56,228 nucleotides of DNA, taken from positions 1 through 56,228 of the forward strand of contig ADNK01001093.1 in NCBI GenBank assembly GCA_000320545.1. The letters are read 5' to 3'. The notes under the pieces were generated by a model. That model ran no database searches and was not told the DNA's origin. It was given only the letters and a program-made list of their open reading frames with translations. Shown here piece by piece: positions 1-14,388 of the stretch (within the stretch, counting starts at the first letter, position 1; each line of letters starts with the position of its first letter). A program made the position numbers and the translations under genes. The DNA is from Bigelowiella natans CCMP2755 (lineage: Eukaryota > Protista > Cercozoa).

Positions 1-52
1 GCTCACCGTTTTTCCTTTGCCGTTGGTATCGGACCTTCTCTCCTTCCCCCAG

Positions 53-228
53 TTCAGCATCCTTGTCGGAAAGATGAAACGAATATAAAAAGGACATCGA
101 AGGGGTAGTTAGTGGTAGTGGTAGTGTTGTTGTTGTTGTTGTTGTGTAGATAGTAGTTGTCGAGCATTGCGAAGAGTCTCTCTCTACCATCCACTCCCTT
201 TTGATCGATACTTGTTGATTATACATAC

Positions 229-263
<35 letters not shown>

Positions 264-1441
264 AATAGACTGTGATCCTTCTCCTTCCTCCCTACCCTCC
301 CCCCGCTTACCCTTACACACCATCCAGGTGCACTTGGAAATTGATGAAAGGACGATGGCCCCGATGAAGAGGTAGGAGAAGCTTACACGCTGTTCACTAG
401 GCGTGTACCCTATTGTGCATAGATATGTAATCTTTACCCCCCCCCACCCCCCCCCATCCCCCCACACACATATTCAAGTGCATATGTGTTTACTAATCTG
501 CTACGTTTCATTTGTGTCCTCCTTTCGGCCTTCTTTCTTCCTGCTGACAGGCACCATCTTAGACACCCGAAGGGCGGCTACACGCGACTACAAGGCATGC
601 CCATGCGCATAATGAGACCTTTTTTTGTGAATATAACCCCCCAGTTAACACCAACCGAACATGGCAAGCATCGTTCGGTTTCGCATCGACGTTTGCCTAC
701 CCCTCCCTCATCTCATTGTAGCCGAAAGATGAAGGCTAACGATAGTTGTAATACCTGTCCTGGTTGAGTGACGTCTGACTCCTCCTGCCTCCCCGACCAA
801 TTTTCCCCTCCTCCCCTTCCGCATTCCTCTCCTCAGCGCCGATGGGCGCAACGACGCCCTGTATCGACATCAAGATAACACACTGCCCGCCCTTCGAGAC
901 GCTCAAGGTAGCATGGAGGGGGAGAGAATACGGAAGGAGTGAAGGAAAGGGGGGGGGGTGGGAGGCGGGGAACGAAAGACGATGGTGGTGGTGGTGGCGG
1001 TGACCGACGACGACGCACTCTGTGCTGACTCTCATGTTTCATCGATTATCACTAGGAGATGAACCTGGTGGAAAGCTCTATTATGCTCTCCTCACGTAAG
1101 AATAGTAGGAAGAGTAGTTTGTGGTGGTGATAGTGATGGCTTGCAGCAGCAATAGCAGCAGCAGTAGTAGAAGTGGTAGTAGTAATAGCAAAATATACAT
1201 GACGACGACGTCGTATCCTGCTCCTCCTCCTCTTTCTCCTCATCATCATCTTTATGGTTCTCCTCCTCTTCCTTATCATCATCATCAACAACAACAGCAA
1301 CAACAGCAATAACAACAACACCAGTATCGTCATTTGGCTACAACTACCACTTATCTTCTTGACCTCACATGGCGTTGTCTTCTGATCGTCCATCATTTGC
1401 TGCCAAAGAATGGCGAATAATGCCAAATCACTTGTGGAAGG

Positions 1442-1474
<33 letters not shown>

Positions 1475-1781
1475 CTTGGTGGCTGCAGTTAATGAAACTA
1501 TTTTCTGTATTCAGGCACGTGTTTACACTTCGCAGCGACCGCAGGAGACCCGAAGGTAGTCAGCTTCCTCCTCCCTCTTCTTTTTCTTTTTCTTCTTCTT
1601 CTCCTTCTTCTTCTTCTCCTTCTTCTTCTTCTCCTTCTTCTTCTTCTTCTCGTCTTCGTCTGCGTTGTAGGGAGAGAAGCAGTACGAATTGCTGCTGGAG
1701 AGGGGGGGGTGACCTAGGGAGATCTTGTTTCTTTTGTCAAATATATATAGATATAATCACGTAGCCCGAGTGTATTATAAG

Positions 1782-1817
<36 letters not shown>

Positions 1818-2166
1818 GCAGGACAATATATATATATATATATATATATAAATATTTGTGTGTGTGTGTGTATCAATAGGTGCTGCAACGAATTTTGGAG
1901 GGCACAGGTACTATTGAATGGGAAAACAGTTCTCTGTCGCCGCCCTGATGGAGACAGGAGGGGGGGGGGGGGGGGAGGGAGAGAATGCGAGAGAGGAAAA
2001 GCGGGAGGAGGCAAAGTTGTGACTTTCTCTCGTTATCCGATTTGTGGTGACTGGCATATGCATGTGCGTATGTATGGATGTATGCATGCAATATGTAGCG
2101 GAGAAGATCAATGAGCAGGATGATGATGGAACTACAGCCCTGCATATTGCGGTACTATTATTTATT

Positions 2167-2197
<31 letters not shown>

Positions 2198-2486
2198 CAG
2201 TGGGAATGTTAAGAGCGACTGCGAGCAGACTTGCCGTCCACTACTCTTTTGTATTATCATATCGTCTTCGTCATCGTCGTCATCATTATCATGTGTACCT
2301 CTGGCAGTGCATACATGGGAATTTCCTCATATCACAACACCTCCTCGCCTCAAAGGCCGATCCGAACGTAAAGGTAGTCACGTCATTCATATCCTATGTA
2401 GCGAGAAAGCACGAATGCTATGGCGCTTCTTCGTGGTGATCCTCTGAATGAATTATCGGATGGATGGATGGATGATTGTGATACAG

Positions 2487-2526
<40 letters not shown>

Positions 2527-3355
2527 CGTCGTTACCATTTGTTAGGACAAAGATGGCCGGGTTGCTCTCCATTATTGTGCTGTGAGTTCCCCTCTTCCTC
2601 TCACCTTCCCATATGTCGTGTCTATCTCTCGATGCTCAGCTTACGTATTCGCTGCATTCCTCTTTCTACTTTTTCCTCGCCTCCTCCCCTCCCCTGCCCA
2701 TACTTTTATTCAATTCCATCCGAAATTGCTGTGCGTGGTTGCAAAGGCCGGCGGGTTTCATGGCATTATGGACGCGTTGTTAGCTTTATTTGCGAACGTC
2801 GACGTCAGGGACAACAACGGTGATAAAAAGAAGAATGAAAAGAAGAAGAGGGGAAGAAGGCGAGAGACGATGGGATTGGAAGAAACGTCGAGACCCAGCT
2901 GGTTTTTCCTTCCCAAGATCATATCAACTTCACTCACTACTATTGTAATCATGTATCTCATCATGTTGCTCCTTCTACTACTACTACTACTACTACTACT
3001 ACTATTCCACCGACAACAAACCAACATATAAAGGTTGGACGCCGCTGCACTATGCGGCCTACGCAGGCCGCGAAAAGGTAGTGACATGTGTGTTCGTGTG
3101 GGCGTTGCGGTGAAGCTGAGCTGGTCGACGATGGAGGAGGAAGGGGGAGGGGGAGGGGAGTATGGATGCTCGTGGTTTTGGGAAGATATCTTGCTGCTTT
3201 GTTAGATACTCGAGTTGCTGTTGAAAAGTGATGCTGAATCTGAAATCGAGAACACTGACGGAGGGTATGACAGCTACCTACCACCATATTCATTACCAAT
3301 CCAGCCCACAACGAAATGAAGGGCAGAGATGAACGTCATTCTCTCGAATCCTCCC

Positions 3356-3392
<37 letters not shown>

Positions 3393-3397
3393 CTCGC

Positions 3398-3445
<48 letters not shown>

Positions 3446-4113
3446 ATGTTACTTCCTTGGATTGATGATGTTGGCGCTCAGCGCGCGGGCCATCCATCTG
3501 GCGATAGAGAGAGGCCACCTGGAGTCAGTACGAGTGCTCACAAAGGTGTTGAAAGTGTAGGGGGGGAGGGGGGAGGGCACAAGGACAAGAAATGAATAGC
3601 AGTCGGCGTGTTTTATCCTCCGTGAGGGCTCTTGGCATATTAAATATTATCTTCGGTGCCTCCTTCTAAAGACCTACGTTTTGTAAACAACAATCAGTGG
3701 AAAGCGAGTGTGCTGTGTCGGGACGATGGGGGTGTGAGGCCGCTACATCTGGCTACATATAGGGGAAGGCACGAGGTGTTTACTTAATGAGCGTTTTATC
3801 TCCCGTATAAGTCACCGCTTTTCTCATCCTTATCTTCATAACAATCTTCTCATCCTTATCTTCATAACAGATGGTGCGGCTCTTGTTGAAAAACAACGCC
3901 AACGCCTGCGCAAAGGTATAATATCACGAAACCGATCATGGATGTTAAGTGTAACAGTAGTGGGTGGTGAGAAGACAAGAAGTGAATGTAAAGCCCCAAA
4001 ATCATCCCATTCCTCCACCGCCTCCTCTTGACTTTATGCTCGGGGTGTGAATTGCATTACTGAAGGATGGACGCTCGGATTTATGGACTCCGTAACTACT
4101 AACATACGATAAG

Positions 4114-4148
<35 letters not shown>

Positions 4149-7050
4149 CGTATTAAAATATAGAAAACAACAAATGAGGGAAATGCGTTTACAGCGGATA
4201 GGTGCATAGGTGGCGTGGGCAATAATCAACAAAGATCTATCATTAATAGTGTTGTCGGCTAAATCCCAGAAAGCGGGTCGTTTGCAGTTTGCACACGAAA
4301 CCGTTTAAATCGTTGATCTTCCTTCAAGAAGAGCGAATTTTTTTTAGATTTTTGGTCTCATTTGTCCTGTGGTACGGACGGATTGCCTCGTTTCTGATTC
4401 TAAATTTGTCGTGGATATCACCCATAAAGAAATCTAACCTTTGTTGCATTCTTGCATGTTCAGGCTGCATTATGCTGTGAGCCGACGTGACAAACAAATG
4501 GCGACCATACTGATGGTAATGCTGTTAAAGCGCGCGCGCGCGTATACACACACACAAACACACACAAATGTATATAAAATATATATATATATATATTTAT
4601 TTATTTATATATATATATATGCGCGCGTGTGTGCGTGTGTGTATCAATATATTTACCATTTTTGTCCGTATTTGATGCGTGCATAAGTGTGAGAACGGTA
4701 ACATTAAGAAGTAGTTGAGTAAATCGTAGATGTAAGAACTATCTCAGATCTGCTGGAGACCTGCCATTCGTTCCAACAACGCCGCTTCGCTTGATATGAT
4801 ACACTACTCAGGACCATGGGGACAACATCAACATTGCTGATCGGAGGGGCGCGCTGCCACTGCACTATGCTTGTAATAAATCTACCAAGAGTGTTTCTTT
4901 TCACGCAGTTCCAACAACTTCACAAATTCTCTCTCTTTCTCTCTCGCTCTTATTTAATTCCTCTTTCCGTGCGCGCGTCATGAATGTTCACATTACTTGC
5001 AAAATCGAGTAAAAGGATCAAGCCGTTAGCGCCCCGCAACAGCTCGGGCAACTATTCTATTGCCATACGCTGATATTCAAAGATACCAATTACCCATCCT
5101 CCTTCGGTGTGTTTGCTTGTAGGCAAGAATGGCGACTTTTCAATGACCAAGCTGCTTGTAACTCGAAAGGTATTAGTTAGATTTGAAAACACTTCGTCTT
5201 CACAAACGACATATTTGAAATGTTCAATCTCACCTCATCGTACTCGCAATTTTCCAGAGCAACGTGAACCACGGCGACCGCCTTGGTAAGGGCAAAATGA
5301 GCGGCAAGGGGGGGTGGGAAGGGATAGGAGGGAATATGAGATAGGCCTCTACTTATAAAATAGTGGAGATCAAGAAATTTCTCACACTGACGCCGTCCAA
5401 TATACGATAATAATAAAGAGCTTGCAATAACAATGCAGGCCGCACTCCGATGCACTTCGCAACAGTTTACGGTGAGAGATGAAATTTAATGAAAGGGGGA
5501 GGAGGGAGGGGGGATGGGAGTAATAGCCCATGGCAAATCAACAAAGGGTTAGAAATAGACACGAAAATTGTGAAGGAGGAATTCGGCTCATAGAACTGCC
5601 TCCCATGCCCCGTGGAGAAGACAACCAGATTTGATATGTGAGCGATTGTGGGCGTGGCTATTATCATGATTATAATTGTATGACATGTCAGGCCGTAGCG
5701 ACGTGCTTAGATTTCTTGTAGAGAGCAAAGGAGACGGCAATGCTCCCGACACGAGGCATTGGACGCCATTGACAGTTGAGTCATCATAGAGATTGGAAGA
5801 GATGCTTTTGAAACAGCTCGTCGGTGTTGTATTTACTACGAGCACCATTACGCATTCTCTCACGTGCGAAATATCATTGAAATTCACCACATGAAACTAA
5901 ATACAGGAGGCGGCTGGCCTTGGATTTGCGGATGGCGTGCGTATTTTAATGGAAATGAAGGCGGATCCAATAATACGCAACTACTTTGGTGCGACTGATC
6001 CTCCTCCTTTTCCTTGAATATCAATATGCCATCGCTGCTCTACCCAACAACCGATCATAATGGCGTCTGGCCCGTGCCTTCCCATCAATCTGAAATATCT
6101 GTACGATACTCTCACCACCAGGGATGAATGCGCTACATTGTGCGGCCTATTGGGGGCACCTGGAAGCAGCCAAGTTAATCGTCGAGAAGGGACCGCGGGG
6201 AATCATAGAAGTAATTCGTTTGTTATTAGGAGTCCTACTCCAACGATTAGAAGTACTATTAGTTTCGGCAACAGTGTATACGGAGGAAGGGGGAGGGGAG
6301 GGAGGAGGAGAACTATCAGTTTGGGCATCCCCTAGTGAGAAAACCTCTTTCCGACTCATTTTCATATTAAAGAAGAGCGCTGAATCTTCCATCCTCTCCT
6401 TACTGCCCTCACTCGATCTTGCAACAATCTTCAATATTCAGTCGCAGATAAAGGCCTCTCCAGGTGTCGGTTTCGGGTGTCCCATAGCGGCAGATCAATA
6501 CGATTCTAAGAGGAGCCATAGCGAAAACAACAGGAGTCGCATTGTATTAACCGCCCCCCACCCTCCTCTCCAATTTCTCAAATCACTAACTGCCCCTTGA
6601 GAGTGGGGAGAGTAAAGAGGAGGGCAGTAGAGGCTAATCTGTTTGCGTGAAATGGAAGAAGGCACACTAATTCAGTTTCCTATTATCTCCCCCCTCCCCC
6701 CCTCCCTCCTTACCACTTCGTATCTATTCACAAGGATTCGCAGCCACCCCTCAAAGATGGGCTGAAGCCTGTGGTAATTATTCGTATTAAGTACAATTCA
6801 AACGAGTAGCAGCCTGATCGTAGTCCGCTCTTTACTTCCGCAGGAGGTTGCTCTTCTAGGGGGTGCGAAGGAAATTTTCCAATACTTCGTTGACGCTGGG
6901 GCGAATGTAAGTATCTCTCACCTTTTTCGACTTAAATAATTGAGAAGATATACTAGCAGTGCAATGGGGATTGCAGTAGTGATATGACTGAGACTGTATG
7001 AACAGGTGGATTATGATGACATTCATGACCATGATTCAAAGCGCAGATAG
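53..7050 (+). CDS. Multi-exon ankyrin-repeat protein (about a dozen repeats); 5' end probably upstream of the window
   Basis: Spliced GT-AG exons give repeated ankyrin motifs: RTCLHFAATAGD, INEQDDDGTTALHIA-CIHGN, DKDGRVALHYCA, RDNNGWTPLHYAAYAGRE, GARAIHLAIERGHLESVRVL, GVRPLHLATYRGRHE, RRGALPLHYACKNGD, LGRTPMHFAT, GMNALHCAAYWGHLEAAKLIVE. The last exon is VDYDDIHDHDSKRR* (TAG at 7048-7050). Exon structure before ~1500 is uncertain. Confidence 0.88.
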
Positions 7051-7512
7051 GAGACAAGAGTGCATTGCAAATTTTCAACGCATTCTACTAATACGGGTGT
7101 GTATCGACTTTGACTACAACTTGTACATCTTGTGGGGCAACCATAGTCATGCGATGCATTGCCAGCTCCAATTTTAGCATCAATTTGTGCGATTTGATTA
7201 GAGAATAGCAGCTAAATTTCTAGACTTACTTGTTTATTACACAACTTTCCTCAATTCCTGCATGTCGTCGCAGTGTTGAGTAGGCAGGGCAGCTGCACAA
7301 CAAGCACATTACAGCCTACACGTGTTTGTTGTGGGTGATTCCGCACGTTGTTGCGTTGTGGACCCAACTGCCCTTTCTGTGGCATCATGCAGAGCCGGTG
7401 TGAGAAATCCATGTAGTTCGTGACTCTCAAGTTTTGCAATTCCCCTCCACCCACAGTTCTGCAACTTGCAGTGGATCAAGAAATCCGACACGATCTAGCG
7501 ATCTCTGCGATA

Positions 7513-8003
7513 CATGCAACAACTTGATCGATGAGCATGCGAGTGCATGATGTCGAACGATGATCGAACAACCAACGCAAGCGAGCATCGCTCTGTGCGC
7601 TGCGAGAGCTCAGTCGGTTGTGCAATCCGTTCGTGTGGGCGAACACACGACGCTGCTAGCTAGCCAACTAGCTGGCCGGTTGCGGCACCTAGCGTGAGCT
7701 TCCTGCACGGTCTGCGCCAGCGCGGTGTGGCACATGGACACAATCAGATGCAATGACATGCCAGCATGCATGCGTGCGTGCGGACACTGCATGGACGAAG
7801 CGGACATGCAGGTTCATGCACGTCATGCCCAGCAAATCGATGCACGGCACGCAAGCAGAGCCACACGCATGCAATGCCACGGCACGTGTCTTGTGTGTTG
7901 TGCAGACTAGCCACAAGTGTCCACAGAATGAGTGAATGAACGAACTTGTTGGTTTCACCGTTCGGCTCGAACCAAAAAAAATGATTCCTCTGATCCACAG
8001 ATT
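7513..8003. repeat. TpA-depleted degenerate intergenic tract (all remaining TA lie in CTAG)
   Basis: By-eye count finds 5 TA dinucleotides in 491 bp, all within CTAG (7656, 7660, 7668, 7689, 7907). The tract is rich in GCATGC/TGCA/CACG. Confidence 0.8.
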
Positions 8004-8279
8004 TATCGATGTATTTCTGCGCTGCGACATCATAAATTACAGCTGTCGCAGAGATCATGTGGAAGGGTTTTCGCAAATTTCATGCGAGGTTGAGCGGATT
8101 TCCCGCGTTTAAATCAATCGCTGCAGAAATTCTTTGTCGCAATGCAGGGATAAGCCTGATTTACTGCGATTATTTCTCCAAATAAAAAAATCCAATGCCT
8201 CATGAGAAATCAAATCTCAGCCCAACGCGATCTAACTTCCCATTGTTCACCCGTTTGTGGGACGTACACAGCAGAGACT

Positions 8280-9963
8280 ATGTCTTCCGCCGGGGCCAAG
8301 GCGCTCAATTACTGGAAGGAGATGGAAAAAAAGACTATGGGAGACGCTCCGAAATTCAATTTTAAGATCTCCAAGCGCCGAACGAACATGCTGAGGCGAA
8401 AATTCAAGCACAGCGGTACAAAGAAAGAAAAGGAGCCAGGTGATGGTCTGATCGTGCACCCCGCGCAACGATGCTCCTCATGTTGCATATTTCGTTTGAC
8501 AGTGAAACCGTCTCCAGGGGAAACGGCTAAGGAGATCAAAGTAGATGAGCCACCAAAGCCAAAGGTCGACAGCATGTCGTACATTCCACCACGCTCATGC
8601 CTGAATCAAAAGTGAATGTATTGCCATTTTATCACCTTTTGCTAGGATAAACCTGAACAAGATAAAAAAAAGATGGCTCCTGCTCTGGAAAAGGTCACTG
8701 AACAAGACCCTGCACTGGACAAGCAGGCCACTGCTGCTAATTCTACCGCAGGAACTGCTGCTGCTGCTGCTGCTGCCTCGGCGGCCACAACCACAGCTCA
8801 GGATAAAGAGGAAAGTACACCTTCAAAAGAGACAACCTCTAGCACTGCAATAGAGAAGACAGCTACAGAACCTACTAATAAGCATACGGAAGCAGCACAG
8901 CTACTCAAGGAATCCTCGAATAACGAAGCTGAGACTACAGGTGACGACGATGCACCAAAGGTTGAAATTCCGACAAACGACGAGACTGTGAACAAGACCG
9001 CTGAGGGAAAGAAGGGGGGGGGAGATGCTCCTAAGGAGCAGAAGCAGCAAGCTGAGGCAAAAGTAACCGCTCCGCAGGAACGCGCGATTGACCCCAACTT
9101 GGCCTCCACCCCTGTAGAGACTAGTACCGCTGCTGCTACTGCTGCTGCTGATACCAACGCTGAAGAGAAGAAAGAAGAGGAAAAGGAACCAGAGACTCCT
9201 TCGGACGAATGCCCCTTTCCGTGTGTTGTCAAGTACGACTTCTCTTCGGTGGAGGTGAGATGGAGGAGGAGTGTCAGATGCCAATTTGCCCTGTTGCGTG
9301 TTGTCGGTTATCAATTCTGGCATTTCCTCAGGAAACAGAGCTGTCCGTGAAATCAGGCGAATCCGTGATCATTCTGCAAATAAGCGAAACGGGATGGTAA
9401 GTAAGGACTACTTTTTATGCTGATGGTTCTCTGTGATGGCGTCATCGACTTCTGCATGCACATAGGTGCTTAGCTCAGAGGAGCGAAAGCGAGGAGGAGG
9501 GGTGGGTGCCAATGGACTACTTGGATAGGATTGAGGACGAGAAGCTGGAAAAGAAGACGATGGTCCTTTCTTTTGCTCATTCCACATGCGGTCAAAAAGT
9601 GTTAAATTTTACGTTGCTGTGTATTGCATATGTGTGTGCTCGTGCCCCTTCATGCGATGAAGGAGGAAAGCAAGGTCAACATTGCAGGGAAGGAGAAAGC
9701 TGCGACAGTAAGTACTCTAAAAATGATTGAAAGTGATGGCATCTTTCTCTGGGCGCTCATTCCCCGATGATTTAGCCTGCGAGAAATAATGCGAAAGGAA
9801 AACATCGGTTATTTTCGTAGCCAATCGTGGTGCATTTCATAGGTTATTTTGGTCCACAGATTATTTAAATAAAAAACGACTTGTGATTAAATGGTGGAGA
9901 GGAAAATTAGGGGAGGGGGGAGGGAGTTGGTACCTGCGATCACCTATGCATGCACGTTACAAA

Positions 9964-10002
<39 letters not shown>

Positions 10003-10821
10003 TGTGTAAGATGAGGTGGCATCTTGCTCAAAATATAACGTCAATATTTTTGGTCTTGTCAGCGTTCATCAATCTTTCTTTTATTATCACCACCATCACC
10101 ATATCACCATTGGCAATCGCCGATGACAAAAGCATCAGTCGTACTCACCCTCATCATCCATCACTAGCCCGACGAGCCCCAGCGCTCTAGCCCGTTGGGG
10201 GAGGAGAACCAGAAGCTGTTTGAGTATCTGACCACGTCAAAGCTGTTCCAAAAGGCACGCTCGCAGGGGGAGATGAAAGTGCAGATAGAGGACCTCCACC
10301 TCACGCTGGAGGCGGGTGGCGGGCTGAGCTCTACTCTTGCAATGATGCGGTAGTAGTAGTAGTAGCATTAGCAGTGGTAGTCGTAGTGATTGCAGTCGAA
10401 GCTTATCATCTGCGCACTACTCAGTATTATGCTGTCGGCTATAGTGCAGGGGGAAGTGGGTAGTTCTTCACAATGATGAACTGACCATCATTGCAGTCGT
10501 GAAAATTATTTAACACATCCATCATATATGGATTTATCTTGGATCAATAATAAAGTTAATAGTCAATCCAGTTTACACGTACCTACCATCCACCATCAAA
10601 CATCATCGTCGTCGTCATAATCGTCACCGTTATCATCATTTCCGAAATCTTACGTTCCCCCCTCATCAATCATATTCCGTAATAAGGTGGCTCGACATGA
10701 ATAAGTTCCAATTTCCTGATTTCTCATCCCTTCAGAACAAGGTGTTGGTAATCATGTAGGAAAGAATATATCGTTTCTTTCTATTTTCCTCCCTCCCTCC
10801 CCCCCAGCAACAACGAGACCG

Positions 10822-10855
<34 letters not shown>

Positions 10856-12036
10856 CGACAACACAATCACAATTTCCACCTCTTCTTCTTGTTTGCCAAC
10901 CCACAGCTGGAAGAGATGCGCGCGGCTTGGTCGGAGCATCGTCTCGTGTTGAAGATGCGGATGAAGTGGGGCGACGAGGAAGCCACGAGAGTGATGGAGG
11001 AGGCACTCGGGGGTGTGGAGACGTTGGAAATGCTCAAAGGCTACGAAGGCGATCCAGAAGGAGCCATACAAAAAATAACAGCGCACGTGCGTAAGCTCAA
11101 CGCCATCGTCATTCTCGTCATCATCGCTGTTGCTCTCATGATTGCTAGCAAACACCGTCCAGCATTAAATCTCATCCTGATCCTCCATCTCTTCCTCCCC
11201 TCCCTTCCTGTTTGCTGTCGTTGTTGTCTTCGGGCTATCTTCCATTGCATCCCCCCCCCCCCCCCTCCCCTTCTCACGCAGCTGGAAGCAAAAAAGGAGA
11301 CGGAGAAACAGGGGCGTGCGGCTGTGCTTGACTACCTCAGCACGGCAGAGGTCTGTCGTTGTTACGCAGCGTACATGTAGAGGATGATGGTGGTGGTGAT
11401 GATGAGGACGATGATGATAATGATGATGATGATGATGATACTATTGGAATAAGAAGGAGAAAAAAAGGGAAGAAGACACATACACACGCGCATAGAGGAG
11501 GAGGGGGGGGGGGGGGGGGCGACACTCTTTTCCCGCTCATCTTAATGCACTCGAGCACAGTCCGAAATGATTAACATTGAGTTGTGATTGTCTTCTTCTT
11601 GTCCTTCTTCCTCTTCTCTCTTCGTCACGATCGTGGTGGGCGTCATCCTCGTCATCGTGCATACACAAAGTGTACGATATTCAAAGGCAACTGCTCTGTT
11701 TCCCCCGCGGTGAGTAGAGTAGGATATGATGATGATGATGATGAGATATGACAACAAGCCGGTGATGGACAACGCTCTACGTTCAAGGCACACTATTGTT
11801 GCTACTTCTGCCAATGCTGATACGACTACTGCTGCTTATAATATATATATATATATATATGTGATATTCATGTAGTATTTATTGTGTGATTGTGTGTTGA
11901 CACTGTCAGGCATTAGATGCGATGTTCCAAGGAAAATCGCCTGCAGAAGTGCTTGAAAAAGTATACTATCCCCCCATCCCTTACTCTCTCTCTCTCTCTC
12001 TCTCTCTCCCTCTCTCTTTCTTTCTCTCTCTCACTA

Positions 12037-12091
<55 letters not shown>

Positions 12092-12461
12092 AGATGTCTT
12101 TATTATTCTGATATCAGAATCCGCACCTCTAATACAACCCCTTCTTCTTTGTCTTCTTCTTCTTCTTCTTCTTCTTCTTCCTGTTTTTCTACTACGACTT
12201 CTACTACTACTATTTGTAGGTGAAAGCATTAAATGCTGAAAAGCTGTCTCTAGACACGTTTGAACAACTCGTAGAGGCGGTCTCGGGGAAAAAGGTCGAT
12301 ACGCCGTAAGATCATGCGTGCGTGCGCTGACGGCATAGACACACTACATGCAAACAACGACTACACGATGCAGCATCTTCTCCTCACATGGCCGATAAAA
12401 TTGTTGGACATCAACGAAGGGTGCTTTGGCCACAAGATAATGATGATGATAGATATCAAAC

Positions 12462-12503
<42 letters not shown>

Positions 12504-12706
12504 TAACGTCGGCAGCTTGCTATGCACCATCACTCATCCTCCCCCCCCACCACAGATTAAGAGCGTGAAAAAGGCAAATGAAAACTGCAGCTTCCAGCCA
12601 GTATTAGAGTATCTGTCCTCGCCGCAGTGCGACCTCTTCAGCACGGGTCTGCGCGTATCATCGAGCGCTATTACCACGCTTCTGGATGCCTACAATACCA
12701 ACGTCG

Positions 12707-12741
<35 letters not shown>

Positions 12742-13105
12742 CGTGTACGTGCATGTGTGTGTCTGTGTGTGTTGATTCTAATACTGCGCCGTCAATAGCG
12801 CACACACGCACGAATGTACGCCTACTTGTAGACAAACAAAGAACCTGAAATCCATCATTAATTAATGCTTTTCTCCCCGTCTCCTGTGCTCCCCCACACT
12901 CCCTCACTCTCCCTCCCTTAGAGGCTGCTGATCGACGTATCGGTACTCAACGCGTTGGGCGTGAAGCTGCAGTCATTCTCGGAGCTCGCTCCTGCACTGG
13001 AGGGGAAGAATGTGCTCGATTACAAGAAGGAACTGTTTAATGTCATTAAAAACCCCGAAGCGACACACTTCGCCAAAAGACCACCAGAGGTACAGCAGCA
13101 AGAGC

Positions 13106-13145
<40 letters not shown>

Positions 13146-13766
13146 TCTCATCATTGCGTAGCAGCATCTAAATGGTTGCTCAACGCACCACCGAGAGCTA
13201 CTCACAATAGTGAGACAATACGATCCCACAAACATACTCCTCCTTACGTATAAGCGATTTCTCAACTCTCGTTGTCCTATCTTCCTTTTTCCTCCTCCTC
13301 CTCCTCCTCCTGCTGCTGCTGCTGCCTTGGTTTGTTTGTCGTAGTTCTCCGAGGATGAGTTGTACGGCGTGCTAGCGCTGAGTACTTCGAGGATCACGTT
13401 CCTTCCAACGGTAAGGACCTTGTGTCTACTAGTAATGTTTACTCATTTCGTCGTCGCCGAACCCCTCTTGCTCGTCAGCTATACTCTCGGAACCACGATC
13501 ACCATTGCCCTTTACTTATCATCGTTATCATCATCGTCGCAATTAATCATCGTCGTCGCCATTCCTCTGTTCTCCTTTGTTTCCTTCCCTTCTTTAGATA
13601 CTGAAGAACCTCCCGAAGGCTGCGAACGGTTTGGACGATTTGTGCGACATCGTTGGCGATATCATCAGCCAGGCGGCGAGTGCGGTGAGTGTGTGAGCGA
13701 GATCAGGCAGCTTGCAGACATATGCCTGCCTAATTTAATGTGATTCGTAACCTAAGCTCGCACACA

Positions 13767-13799
<33 letters not shown>

Positions 13800-14224
13800 C
13801 ACGTGCATATGTGACGTATCTAGGAGTCAAAGGAGCAGGCGAAAGTAGTAGCTTTCCTCTCCAAATTCGGTCTTTTTTCGAAGCAGGTGGTGATGGTGGT
13901 GGTGGTGCCTTTGATGCTCTTGGAGAAGGAAAGAAGGGGGAGTGGGGAGGGGGAATGAGGATAATGTAGGAATTTTTAATTTTTGTGCAATCATTCACTA
14001 TCGTTACTAGTTGGTTTTTACTTCTCTTCTTATTGCCGATATTGATATTTTTATCACGATGTGATTACCATGCTGTCTTCGATCAGTTTGCCATTACAGT
14101 GCCTCTCGTACAGAAGCTCATCTACACATCACAGTTTTCGAAATGGGGTCTCCAGGTAAATAGCAAAGCCCTGCTGCAACTGTACGGGAGGAAGTGAGAG
14201 CGAGAGGGAGAGAACAAGGAGGAG

Positions 14225-14256
<32 letters not shown>

Positions 14257-14346
14257 AAGCGAAGAGACGATGCATTCGTGACGAAGATCGGAGTTTCTTG
14301 TTGTAACTACAGTGTGCGTGTGTCTGTGTGCGAGATAGTGAAGCGT

Positions 14347-14388
<42 letters not shown>

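Noticed and set aside
3821-3870. 26-bp tandem duplication at an intron acceptor
   Set aside because: A local slippage duplication with no evident consequence, because only the second copy ends in AG.
7355-7416. 'CPFCG' peptide suggestive of a retroelement zinc finger
   Set aside because: Too short, with no RT or endonuclease context, and it lies in TG/CA-biased sequence.
7610-8076. Overlapping Cys/His/Met-rich ORFs on both strands (also 17564-18435)
   Set aside because: These are a by-product of TpA loss, which removes TAA/TAG stops and enriches TG/CA codons. They have no recognisable protein motifs.
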